Shown piece by piece: positions 30,102-39,249 of a stretch of DNA of 64,000 nt; within the stretch, counting starts at the first letter, position 1; every line of letters starts with the position of its first letter. Location: positions 2,522-66,521 of the forward strand of contig CAPERS010000001.1 in the NCBI GenBank assembly GCA_948607205.1, written 5' to 3'. The notes beneath the pieces were generated by a model. The model was not told the DNA's origin, made no database searches, and worked only from the letters and a program-made list of their open reading frames with translations. The DNA is from an uncultured Eubacteriales bacterium. Its GTDB lineage: Bacteria > Bacillota > Clostridia > Christensenellales > UBA1242. The translations under genes and the position numbers were made by a program.

Positions 30102-31865
30102 TTACAATTCTTTTAAAAGTGATTTTAAATACTCAAAACTGCTTTCAAAAGTTTTTGGGTCTTCAACGTCACAGCCAGCCTCTTTCAAAATGTTGATTGG
30201 CGTATCTTTTCCGCCAGAAGATAGGAAGCCAAGATAGCGCTCAACAGCACCTTCCTCGCCTTTCAAAATGCTGTTTGTGAAATACATTGCACACAAAAGT
30301 CCAACCGCATATTTGTAAACATAGAATGATGTGAAGAAGTGAGGAATCCTAGCCCATTCATATTGAATTTCTTTGACAAGTTTGACTCTCTTGCCAAAAT
30401 ATGTCTTATTTAGGTCAAAATAAAGTTCATTGAGTGTGTCTTTTGTGACAGGCTTATTCTCTTCAATAAGCGCGTGCGCTCTCTCTTCAAACTCAGCAAA
30501 CATAGTCTGGCGGAAAATTGTTGCTTTTGCGTCATCAAAAATGATATTTGCAAGCGCGCTACGCTCCTTCTTGTCTGTTGTGTTGTTTAATAAATGGTGA
30601 ATGAGAAGCATTTCATTTGTGGTGCTTGCAATTTCTGCGACAAAAATCATTATGTCAGTTTTTGGCTCTGGTTGATTTTTGTTTGAAAAATATGAGTGCA
30701 TAGCGTGACCAAGTTCATGCGCGAGTGTTGTAACTGAGTCATAAGTTCCATTAAAATTTGTCAGAACGAGTGGATGACGCAGATAGCCACAAATTTCATA
30801 TGCACCACTACGCTTGTTCTCATTTGGCATAGCATCAATCCAACGTTCATCATAAGCACGTTGTATTAGCGAAACATATTCTTCGCCAAGAGGCGCAACT
30901 GCATTTTTTATAAGTTCAATTGCCTCTTCAAAAGTATATTTCTTTGAAAAAGCTTTGTTCATTGGCGCAGAAGCGTCATAGATGTAAAAATCTTTCAATC
31001 CCAATTTCTTTTTCTTGATTTCAAAATATTTGAATAGAATTGGCAGGTTTTCACGAACTGCTTTGATAAGACTTGAATACACCTGCTTTGTTACATCCTC
31101 TTCGTCAAGCGCACAAGCAAGTGCCGAATCAAACTTTCTCGCACGAGCCATATAGCAGTCTTTTTTAAGATAGCCAACATAATTGTTTGCAAGAAAGTCA
31201 ATGTTGTCGCCATACTTTTTGTGTGTTTCAATAATGCAGTTTTTGCGAAGTTCTCTGTCTTTGTCACGAAGATAAAGTCCATAAAGTGAATTGTCAAGTT
31301 TGTGCATTTTGCCCTTGCTGTCTTTAATGTCATCAAACTTCAAATTCACATCTGTGAATTTTTTCATGTTTGAATAAAAAGTGCCAAAGAAATTCACACC
31401 TGACAAAAAATTTTCGACCTCTGGATGAAGAATGTGCTTTTTATATGACTTTATGTCCTTGAAATATTTGTCATAATCCTTGAAAGCTTTGTCAGCAATG
31501 ATGTCATCAAGAAGTTCATCGCTGAGTGCATATATTTCATTATCCACAAAAACAGTTCGCTCGCTTAGTTTTTGACCAAGAAAGGAAAGATGCTCGTTCA
31601 TCTCATTGGCTTTGCGATCGGACAAGTCTGTGTTCAGCCTTGAATTGCAATATATTCCGGCGTCACTTCCGAGTTGGTCGAGAGTTTTTGACTCTTTCAG
31701 ATACGCCAAAATATCCTTTTTGTTGTTGAGTTTTCCTTTAAATTTTTCAATTTTTGGAATCAAACTTTCAATTTTTTTGCATTTTTCATAGAAATCTTCA
31801 TCGCTTGTGCAGTATTCTGATAAATCCCATTTATATTTTTCAGCAATATCTTTTCTCTTTTTCAT
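30102..31865 (-). CDS. pepF: oligoendopeptidase F (M3B metallopeptidase)
   Basis: 587 aa, HELGH zinc motif (TLAHELGHAMH), typical PepF length and layout. Confidence 0.9.
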   Translation of the reverse strand: MKKRKDIAEKYKWDLSEYCTSDEDFYEKCKKIESLIPKIEKFKGKLNNKKDILAYLKESKTLDQLGSDAGIYCNSRLNTDLSDRKANEMNEHLSFLGQKLSERTVFVDNEIYALSDELLDDIIADKAFKDYDKYFKDIKSYKKHILHPEVENFLSGVNFFGTFYSNMKKFTDVNLKFDDIKDSKGKMHKLDNSLYGLYLRDKDRELRKNCIIETHKKYGDNIDFLANNYVGYLKKDCYMARARKFDSALACALDEEDVTKQVYSSLIKAVRENLPILFKYFEIKKKKLGLKDFYIYDASAPMNKAFSKKYTFEEAIELIKNAVAPLGEEYVSLIQRAYDERWIDAMPNENKRSGAYEICGYLRHPLVLTNFNGTYDSVTTLAHELGHAMHSYFSNKNQPEPKTDIMIFVAEIASTTNEMLLIHHLLNNTTDKKERSALANIIFDDAKATIFRQTMFAEFEERAHALIEENKPVTKDTLNELYFDLNKTYFGKRVKLVKEIQYEWARIPHFFTSFYVYKYAVGLLCAMYFTNSILKGEEGAVERYLGFLSSGGKDTPINILKEAGCDVEDPKTFESSFEYLKSLLKEL

Positions 31866-31939
31866 ACTCTCTCCCTTTGCTATTTAATTATTAACACCAT
31901 TTTGCAAAATCAGTCAATTAATAAAGTGCCTAAAACATA

Positions 31940-32641
31940 TTATCGTCCACAGTGCTTACGGATATTAAACCTGCTCCAAGGCTCGCTTTCCTCATCAGGC
32001 GGACATGCGAACACCATTTTTTCTTTTGTGGTTGGATGGATAAATTCCAGTCTTCCCGCCCAAAGCCCAATGTTTTTGCTTGGAATGAATTTACTGCGAG
32101 CATATCTGTGGTCTGCAACAAGAGGATTTCCAATTCCAGCAAACTGAACACGAATTTGATGACTTCTTCCAGTTATTATATTAACAGAAAGCAGGCTTGT
32201 TTCACCATCTGTTTCAAGGACTTTGTAATTAAGTTCCGCCCTCTTTGCCCCCTCTTCACCTTGTGGCACAATGCGAACCATATTTTGCTTTTCGTCCTTT
32301 TTGAGATAATGAACAAGCGTTCCGCTCTTCATCTGTGGCACGCCAGCGCAAACGGCATAATATGTCTTTTTCATTTGTCCGTTTTTTATTTCTTCACAAA
32401 GCCTTGATGCCGACTTTGAATTTCGAGCAAACACCATAAGCCCGCCAGTCACTCTGTCCAGCCTATGAACAAGCCCAATGAATGCCTCACCTGGCTTATT
32501 ATATTTTTCCTTGATAAAAGCCTTAACCTCACTTAAAAGGTCAACATCTCCGCTTTCGTCTGCCTGTGATGGCATGTTGTGAGGCTTAATCACCACCACA
32601 ACTTGATTGTCGTCATAAATTATGTTTAATTTTTCGTTCAT
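31940..32641 (-). CDS. RluA-family RNA pseudouridine synthase (no S4 domain)
   Basis: HRLDRVTGGLMVFARN catalytic Asp motif, TGRSHQIRVQ, 233 aa. Confidence 0.85.
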   Translation of the reverse strand: MNEKLNIIYDDNQVVVVIKPHNMPSQADESGDVDLLSEVKAFIKEKYNKPGEAFIGLVHRLDRVTGGLMVFARNSKSASRLCEEIKNGQMKKTYYAVCAGVPQMKSGTLVHYLKKDEKQNMVRIVPQGEEGAKRAELNYKVLETDGETSLLSVNIITGRSHQIRVQFAGIGNPLVADHRYARSKFIPSKNIGLWAGRLEFIHPTTKEKMVFACPPDEESEPWSRFNIRKHCGR

Positions 32642-32652
32642 ATTTTCGTCCT

Positions 32653-33309
32653 TTATAATTTTTTACTTGCAGTTATAATCATGAGTCCAAATGCATAGAT
32701 AGTAGCATTTTTATTTTCTTTTACTATTTCATTGTCGTCAATTTTAAAACCTGCATTTTTCAACAAACTTTCAACTTTATCTGACGTTAAATAGTTATAA
32801 TAAACTTTCAAGTTTTCATCGAATTCTTCTGTCAAAATCTGCTCACCCTCTTCTCTTGGAATTTCCAAAAGTATGCAAATTTTTCCGTCATCTTCAAGAT
32901 ATTTTAAAAAATTTTTAAATATATGTATTATATCTTCATCTGGTAAATGAAAAAGCACATTTTTTAGAAAAATCCCATTAAATTTTTCTTTTGATTTAAA
33001 ATCGCAAATATCTTCTTCTATAAAATGAATTTTAGGATAATTTTTCTTTGCAATGTTTAATAATTTTTTTGAAAAGTCCACTCCTGTCACTTCAAATGCA
33101 CTTTGATAAAAATAGTTTGAAAAAATTCCGTGTCCGCAACCAACATCCAAAACTTTTTTGCCAGTTAAAGAACTTATAAATTTATCAATATATGGTTTAT
33201 AAAAATCAAGTTCAGAGCAATTTCTCACATATGTTTCAGCAATTGCATTATAATCTTCTTTTACAAGTTGTCGCTTTTGCCTGTTTGTATATTTCATAAA
33301 TACCACCAT
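32653..33309 (-). CDS. class I SAM-dependent methyltransferase
   Basis: VLDVGCGHGIFS motif I. About 214-218 aa (an alternative ATG lies at 33297). Confidence 0.75.
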   Translation of the reverse strand: MVVFMKYTNRQKRQLVKEDYNAIAETYVRNCSELDFYKPYIDKFISSLTGKKVLDVGCGHGIFSNYFYQSAFEVTGVDFSKKLLNIAKKNYPKIHFIEEDICDFKSKEKFNGIFLKNVLFHLPDEDIIHIFKNFLKYLEDDGKICILLEIPREEGEQILTEEFDENLKVYYNYLTSDKVESLLKNAGFKIDDNEIVKENKNATIYAFGLMIITASKKL

Positions 33310-33413
33310 TTTAAAATAATAAAAGAAGTTTTTTGCGATGCGAAGATAAGCTCACTTACTGAGTATCGCAAAACAATTTTCTTTTGCGGACTTTTCTTTA
33401 AAAGAAAAGTCAG

Positions 33414-34259
33414 TTAAAACACCTTCAAGCCTCTTGCTCCGCATGGCAAGATGATTCCTTCTTCTGTTTCCAGTCCAATTTCATCACTGTCAATGTTGCC
33501 TTTGCCGAAAACCAGTGACAAAATGTTTGTTAGAACGCCTGGTTGCAAGCCTGTTGTGTATGAAGAAATAAGCACAAAGAGAGGATTGTCTGACAAAACC
33601 TTTTTAGATAATTCCACAAAGTCATGAAGGCTGTTTTCAATCTTCCACATCTCGCCATTTGTGCCACGTCCATAACTTGGAGGATCCATAATAATGGCGT
33701 CATAGCGATTGCCACGGCGAATCTCCCTTTCAATAAACTTTTGGCAATCGTCAACAATATATCGAATGCTCGTGATTCCATTGAGCCCTGCATTTTCTTT
33801 TGCCCGCTCAACCATACCTTTGCTTGCATCCACATGCGTCACTTGTGCGCCCGCTTTTGCGCACACAACCGACGCACCGCCAGTGTAAGCAAAAAGGTTT
33901 AAAACTTTGATTGGTCTGTTTGCCTTTTCAATCAGTTTTGTCAAATCTGCCCAGTTGACTGCTTGTTCTGGAAAAAGACCGGTGTGCTTAAAGCCCATGG
34001 GCTTGATAGAAAACTTGATACCTTTCCAAGAAATCACCCATTCCTCTTTCATTGGTTTTAAGTATTCCCACCTTCCGCCACCTGTGCTTTCACGCTTATA
34101 ATGTGCATAAAGCTGTTTGCAGTCTTTTAATGGCTTTTTTGCATGCCAAATAACTTGTGGGTCAGGTCTTAACAAAATATACTCTCCCCACCTTTCAAGT
34201 TTTTCGCCGTCACCTGTTGCCAAAACAACATAATCTTTCCAGTCTTTTGCAGTTTTCAA
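33414..34259 (-). CDS. class I SAM-dependent RNA methyltransferase (RlmI/YwbD-like catalytic domain, no PUA)
   Basis: VLNLFAYTGGASV, THVDASKGMV, IIMDPPSYGRG motifs. Confidence 0.65.
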   Translation of the reverse strand: MKTAKDWKDYVVLATGDGEKLERWGEYILLRPDPQVIWHAKKPLKDCKQLYAHYKRESTGGGRWEYLKPMKEEWVISWKGIKFSIKPMGFKHTGLFPEQAVNWADLTKLIEKANRPIKVLNLFAYTGGASVVCAKAGAQVTHVDASKGMVERAKENAGLNGITSIRYIVDDCQKFIEREIRRGNRYDAIIMDPPSYGRGTNGEMWKIENSLHDFVELSKKVLSDNPLFVLISSYTTGLQPGVLTNILSLVFGKGNIDSDEIGLETEEGIILPCGARGLKVF

Positions 34260-34397
34260 TGTTCACTCCTAAAATCTCTTAATTTCATTTTAACAAAAAA
34301 CTAAACAAAAAGCAATTTAATTGCAAAAATATAATTATTTTTTTACACAACAAAAAAAAGGCGAACAATTCACCTTTTTGATTTATTAGTCTATTTT

Positions 34398-36179
34398 TTA
34401 AAGCATTTTTTCTTTACTTTCCGCATTCTGATAAAGCGTGCGATAAAAATCATTATTTTCAAGAAGTTCTTCATGCTTGCCTTGACCGATAATTTTGCCT
34501 TTGTCAAGCAGGTATATGCAGTCTGCATACGTTATGGTTGAAAGCCTGTGTGCAATCAAAATGATTGTCACTTTGTTTTTAAGTTTTTCAATCACTTTCA
34601 TGATTTCTTTTTGAGAAGAATTGTCAAGAGCGCTTGTTGCCTCATCAAAAATCATTATTTTAACATCACGTGCAAGCGCTCTTGCAATGCAAATCTTCTG
34701 CCTCTGCCCACCAGAAAACTGACAGCCATTTTCACCGATAATACTATCAAGACCGAGTGGTAACTTTTTCACATGATTCAAAATGTCAGTTTGCTTGCAA
34801 AGTTCATATATTTCTTCGTCAGTGATATCAGGCTTAATCAACTTAAAATTATCACGAATTGAAATATTAAAGATATATGGGAACTGATTGACAACTGCAA
34901 TATTTTCTTTAACAAACTCTTTGCTAAGCTCTTCAATCGGCACATCATCAAAAAGAATTTGGCCTGAATTTTTGTAATATAAATGTGCAATGAGGCTGAT
35001 GATTGTTGACTTTCCGCACCCACTTTCTCCAACAAAAGCAACTGTCTGCTTTGGCAAAATTTCAAAACTTGCATTCTTTAAAACTTTCTTATCTTTACCA
35101 TAATTGAAAGTAACATTTTTAAAGGTGATTTTTCCTGAAAAATTTTCAATAGTTTTATCGCCATAATAATCTTCTTCATAGATGCTTGGGTCGGCTATTT
35201 TAAAAATTCGCATTGCATGGACTTCGGCTGTTCCAATATTGATTTGAAGGTCACCAAAAATCTGTGCAAAGTCAAGCATATGGTCTTTATACAAAAAGCA
35301 GGTGTAGAAAATTAGTGGCGTCAAACTTTCCATGCGAAGAAAATACACGCAAAGGAAGATGAAAAAGAAATTGCACACGAACTGAATAATTTTTGAAATT
35401 TCAACAAGAGTTATTCCGACATACCACTCGTGATTGTCTTTTTTAACAAAATCTCTTTGGTCTTTTTCTATTGTTTGAAGAGTTGAATCAGTGCAATTGA
35501 GTGTTTTGATATCTTTAACTCCTCGAATAATTTCAATAATTTTCGAATTGACCTTTTCAATTGAACGTCTAACATCTGGTTTTAGTTTAGTTAAATAATG
35601 AACGCGAACTGAATAAGCAATTATTGTGAGTAAAATAGTTCCAACCAAAAATAGTCCAAGATAATAGTTTAAGAAGAAAATGTAAATCACATATGCAAAC
35701 TTGCTTATAAGATTAACAACTTTGGTTGTGAACGCTTGAAATTCTTTTGAAATGTGGTCAATATCAGATGTCAGGCGAGTGACAATAACGCCACTGCCCA
35801 TAACGTCATAACTTTTCATTTGAATGTCGAGTGATTTTCTTAAGATATACTGCTGAATGTCAATTTTTGAGCGGTTTTCTACTTGCTTATAGAAATATGT
35901 GTTAAGAATTGATAAAAGAGCGCTGAAAGTGGTTATACCAAGCGAAATTCCAGCATTGATAAGCGCGCCTTTAAAATCACCGCTTTCCATAATGCATGCG
36001 ATTGTCTTTGCAATAAACATTGCATCAAAAAAGCTTATGCATGCTTTGATCAAAAGCACAATAACATACAACCCAAGAAAGACCCAGTGCTTTTTATAAA
36101 ACTTTAAAAGCGTTCTGAGCCCGATATACTTTTTTTCTTTCTTCTTTCCGAACTTTTGCTTTTGTGAAACTATTTCCAT
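34398..36179 (-). CDS. ABC exporter, fused permease-ATPase half transporter (MsbA/multidrug type)
   Basis: 593 aa with six N-terminal TM helices. GESGCGKST Walker A, FSGGQRQKICIARAL signature, MIFDEATSALD Walker B. Confidence 0.9.
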   Translation of the reverse strand: MEIVSQKQKFGKKKEKKYIGLRTLLKFYKKHWVFLGLYVIVLLIKACISFFDAMFIAKTIACIMESGDFKGALINAGISLGITTFSALLSILNTYFYKQVENRSKIDIQQYILRKSLDIQMKSYDVMGSGVIVTRLTSDIDHISKEFQAFTTKVVNLISKFAYVIYIFFLNYYLGLFLVGTILLTIIAYSVRVHYLTKLKPDVRRSIEKVNSKIIEIIRGVKDIKTLNCTDSTLQTIEKDQRDFVKKDNHEWYVGITLVEISKIIQFVCNFFFIFLCVYFLRMESLTPLIFYTCFLYKDHMLDFAQIFGDLQINIGTAEVHAMRIFKIADPSIYEEDYYGDKTIENFSGKITFKNVTFNYGKDKKVLKNASFEILPKQTVAFVGESGCGKSTIISLIAHLYYKNSGQILFDDVPIEELSKEFVKENIAVVNQFPYIFNISIRDNFKLIKPDITDEEIYELCKQTDILNHVKKLPLGLDSIIGENGCQFSGGQRQKICIARALARDVKIMIFDEATSALDNSSQKEIMKVIEKLKNKVTIILIAHRLSTITYADCIYLLDKGKIIGQGKHEELLENNDFYRTLYQNAESKEKML

Positions 36180-36346
36180 TTTTTCCTCTTTGTTATATAT
36201 TTTTCCTTTGCGCTCGGAAGTTTCAAGTTTTGGCAGTTAAGCCAAAACTTGACCAACAAATTTCGAATGCAATTTGTTGGAGCGGAAAGCGCGACGGTCG
36301 CAAGCGAAACCGCTTGCACCTTGCACTTTCCGCCGCTTCCGAGCTC
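36180..36346 (-). promoter_or_regulatory. GC-rich, highly structured 5' leader (candidate cis-regulatory RNA of unknown class) of the ABC exporter
   Basis: Closing helix GCTCGGAAG (36336-36344) / CTTCCGAGC (36212-36220) encloses three hairpins: a long imperfect GC-rich one (36281-36335), a 10-bp one (36253-36280) and an 11-bp one (36224-36251). Confidence 0.4.
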
Positions 36347-36352
36347 ACACAT

Positions 36353-36381
36353 ATTCTACCAAATCCCCCCCCCCGCGTCAA
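36353..36381 (-). promoter_or_regulatory. near-consensus sigma-A promoter with extended -10, spacer built from a G10 tract
   Basis: Minus strand TTGACG (36376-36381), 17-nt spacer CGGGGGGGGGGATTTGG, TAGAAT (36353-36358) with a TGn upstream. Confidence 0.6.
36365..36374. repeat. C10/G10 homopolymeric tract
   Basis: Ten consecutive C on the plus strand, read directly. The only long G/C homopolymer I noticed in this AT-rich window. Confidence 0.95.
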
Positions 36382-36400
36382 GTGAAAACCTATGAAATTT

Positions 36401-38227
36401 TTATTTTTCAACTTCAAAACTCCAATCAATATCTTTTTCATAAAATCCATTATCAAACAATTCTTTATAGAACTTAATTTTCTTAACATCACTTTTTTTA
36501 ATTGCCATTCGTTTGGCATGATTAAGAAAACAGCATAACATCACAAATTTAATTTGTCCGTCAAGGCGCTTAGGAAGCTTTTCTCCATAAACACCTTGTA
36601 AATAACCTTTTAAAAATCCTTTATTTATAGGTGTAGTATTAGAAAAGAATTTGTCTGAGATATTGTATCTGAAATTCACAATTTCGTAACCAATGCAATA
36701 ACTCTCATTGTCGGCTATGTAAAAATCTTCACCTGTTTTTGATAAGACGTTAGCAAACTTTAAATCTGCATGAGTCAAATGCATAGGTTCATCTTTAAAA
36801 TGCTTTTTAAATTTATTAAGAAGTTTTATAATTTCTTTTTTATCGCAAGGAATTTGATTTTTAATATTGCTTGAATATGCTATCTCGATATTTTCATAAT
36901 TTTTCTTCATAATATCTTCAATAGTAACAATATGGTAAAGACTTTCATCTTTCAATTCCCAAATTGGTTTAAAAGCTTCCGCAACTTTTATTCCACATTT
37001 CACGCCACTTTCAAAATCGTTTTCATCAAAAAATTTATCCCATTCTTTGCCGTCAATAAATTCAAATAGAACAAACATTTTTTCACAAGATGCTTTTCCA
37101 CTGCAATATATTTTTGGAGTTGGAATTTTTGATTTTGCGAGAATATTATATTTTTTTAAACGTAAGCCTAGTTTTTCTTCACTTCCTTCCATAATTTTAA
37201 GAAAATATTTTTTATGTCCTTTTGTGCATTTAAAAACTAAATTATGGTCGTCATAACTTCCGTCAACGACTTCAAACTTTGCACCTTTTATAAGCCTGCA
37301 AACGTTTGGTTTAAAATTAATTAACCTCTCAGTTATATCAACTTGTCCATTTTTTACATATTTTTCAATGATTTCAATATATTTTTCTGCTTTTTCAAAG
37401 TTATCTTTTTCTATATACTTTTTAATTTCTCTAAAAGCCATCATTGCAAACATGCAATTAATTGCACTTAGAACTCGCTCTGGAACATTGAACTGAAAAT
37501 ATCCTTCCATGTATCCACTTGAAAAAGATAGATACTTTTCAATTAAATCCGCATCACCTGAAACCAGTCCCCATCTTAAAGCGGTTGAAAATTCAAAATG
37601 TTTAATTTGTTCAAAATCAACTGCAACAAGTTTGTTTTCATTTGTTATCATAAAATTTTTAGGCTTTATATCTGTGCAACCAAAGCACATCAAACTGTTT
37701 TTGATGTCTGATAAATTGTTTTCAAAATAATCTTTCAAATCAAGAAAAGTTTTTTTACTTTTTGAAGTGAGTTTATCAAGACCTTTGCACCTTTCGTCAA
37801 ATTCTCTTTCAACTCTTTCATGCTTTTCATTAAAAATTTCAAGAGCTTTTTTATCAACTTTTTTATCTTTAAAGTCCTTTCTGAAATTGCTATATTTCTC
37901 GCCAAGCTTGAATCCATATTCATATATACCCTTTGTTGATTTTACAAAAAATTGGTCGAATAAATCTTTTCCCTCAACAAATTCTTCAATGATAAAACTA
38001 AACCCATCAAGATTTTGTCCAACCTCAATGACTTTTGCGTGAGGAATTGAATAGCTTGTTAAAAACTCTTCAATATCACTTCTGATATTGCTATCTTTAA
38101 TTTTTATAAAATATCTTTTGCCGTCTTTTGTGAAAAAGTATTTTTTAGCAGAAGAATACCCTCCTGTGCACTCTTCAAAATCAGTCGCACCTTCGAGAAA
38201 ATGTATTCCTTCAAAATCTTTCATCAT
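36401..38227 (-). CDS. tandem double kinase-like protein (two APH/choline-kinase-type phosphotransferase domains)
   Basis: 608 aa. Domain 1 catalytic loop CTDIKPKNFMI...VAVDFEQ. Domain 2 LTHADLKFANVL...IADNES. Each domain starts with a K(K/R)YF(I/L)KI lysine strand. Confidence 0.65.
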   Translation of the reverse strand: MMKDFEGIHFLEGATDFEECTGGYSSAKKYFFTKDGKRYFIKIKDSNIRSDIEEFLTSYSIPHAKVIEVGQNLDGFSFIIEEFVEGKDLFDQFFVKSTKGIYEYGFKLGEKYSNFRKDFKDKKVDKKALEIFNEKHERVEREFDERCKGLDKLTSKSKKTFLDLKDYFENNLSDIKNSLMCFGCTDIKPKNFMITNENKLVAVDFEQIKHFEFSTALRWGLVSGDADLIEKYLSFSSGYMEGYFQFNVPERVLSAINCMFAMMAFREIKKYIEKDNFEKAEKYIEIIEKYVKNGQVDITERLINFKPNVCRLIKGAKFEVVDGSYDDHNLVFKCTKGHKKYFLKIMEGSEEKLGLRLKKYNILAKSKIPTPKIYCSGKASCEKMFVLFEFIDGKEWDKFFDENDFESGVKCGIKVAEAFKPIWELKDESLYHIVTIEDIMKKNYENIEIAYSSNIKNQIPCDKKEIIKLLNKFKKHFKDEPMHLTHADLKFANVLSKTGEDFYIADNESYCIGYEIVNFRYNISDKFFSNTTPINKGFLKGYLQGVYGEKLPKRLDGQIKFVMLCCFLNHAKRMAIKKSDVKKIKFYKELFDNGFYEKDIDWSFEVEK

Positions 38228-38316
38228 TTGCCTCCAAAATTTCTGTAATCATTATATCATGTCAAGAAGCAATCTACTATTATAAATTTCTTATAATAAT
38301 ATAAAAAAAACTTATA

Positions 38317-39183
38317 TCAAATTTTAATAAATTTTGCAATTTGTTTTGCAAGTTTATCAGAACTATTATAGCAAGCCATAAGGTTTCTTTCAACCTTTGG
38401 GAAGTCTATCACTTCAACAGTTTTTAAATGAAATTTGTTTGCAATTTCTTGCGGAAGTAGACCAATTCCAACACCTTCTTTGATAAGTGAAAGAACTGTT
38501 GAATCATCACCGCAAGTCATTGTGCTGGCAAACGAATATTGCATCCAAGAGCTATCTCTTCGACCATCTCTTCTTTTTATCAAAATGATAAACTTGTTAA
38601 GCTCTTCAATGGTCATCTTGTCCTTTAAATTAAAAAACTGTGGATTATATGCCATTTTATAATGCAACTTTTTTATCAATTTATTTTCAATTTCCTTTGA
38701 GTAAAAATCGGTTGAAGTTTTCAAAACTGCAAGGTTTGCTTGATTGTTTTGCAAACCTTTAACTATTTCAGGTTCTCTTATTCTTTCCACAAATTCAAAA
38801 TTTATTTGAGGAAAGTTTTTAACAATTTCGTTAATATTTTCTGTTATACAAAAATTAAAACAGGATTTTGAGATTGCAATTTTAAAAGTTGAGTTTGCCT
38901 CCAATAGAGCATTCTTTTTTGTTTCTATAACTGCTTGTTTCAAAGCATTGACCCCTTGCAAAGCTTTTTCATAGAGAATCTTCCCTTCCTCTGTAAGCAC
39001 AATTCCCCTTGTGTTACGATTAAACAGTTTCACTTCAAGTTCCTCTTCAAGATTTTTCATTGCTTGACTTAAAGCTGATTGACTTATCTGCAAAGAACGA
39101 GCCGATTTTGAAATGCTTCCATGCTTTGCCACATTGACAAAATATTTTATATAATTTAGATTGTAATTATTTATATTTTCCAT
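38317..39183 (-). CDS. LysR-family transcriptional regulator
   Basis: Start at the ATG at 39183. NLNYIKYFVNVAKHGSISKSARSLQISQSALSQAMKNLEEELEVKLFNRNTRG is a canonical LysR HTH, followed by a substrate-binding domain. Confidence 0.85.
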   Translation of the reverse strand: MENINNYNLNYIKYFVNVAKHGSISKSARSLQISQSALSQAMKNLEEELEVKLFNRNTRGIVLTEEGKILYEKALQGVNALKQAVIETKKNALLEANSTFKIAISKSCFNFCITENINEIVKNFPQINFEFVERIREPEIVKGLQNNQANLAVLKTSTDFYSKEIENKLIKKLHYKMAYNPQFFNLKDKMTIEELNKFIILIKRRDGRRDSSWMQYSFASTMTCGDDSTVLSLIKEGVGIGLLPQEIANKFHLKTVEVIDFPKVERNLMACYNSSDKLAKQIAKFIKI

Positions 39184-39215
39184 GTTTGAATTTCCTTTTT
39201 TCAATTTTATCAAAA

Positions 39216-39245
39216 AAAGGTGGAATTTTCACCTTTTTTTGTGAG
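39216..39245 (-). terminator. rho-independent terminator after ileS
   Basis: AAAGGTG-AAAATTC-CACCTTT followed by a T-run on the minus strand. Confidence 0.6.
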
Positions 39246-39249
39246 TTTT

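Noticed and set aside
33310-33413. Two hairpins (TTTTGCGAT...ATCGCAAAA and GACTTTTC-TTTAAA-GAAAAGTC) between the two methyltransferase genes, considered as a possible small RNA
   Set aside because: They are most simply terminator or stabiliser hairpins for the upstream minus-strand gene. No promoter or conserved motif is recognisable.
36164-36519. ORFs 36170..36352(-), 36223..36519(-), 36164..36385(+) and 36274..36477(+) covering the GC-rich intergenic region
   Set aside because: They have no RBS. They start inside or upstream of the predicted promoter and overlap the kinase stop or the exporter start. The region is better explained as promoter plus structured leader RNA.
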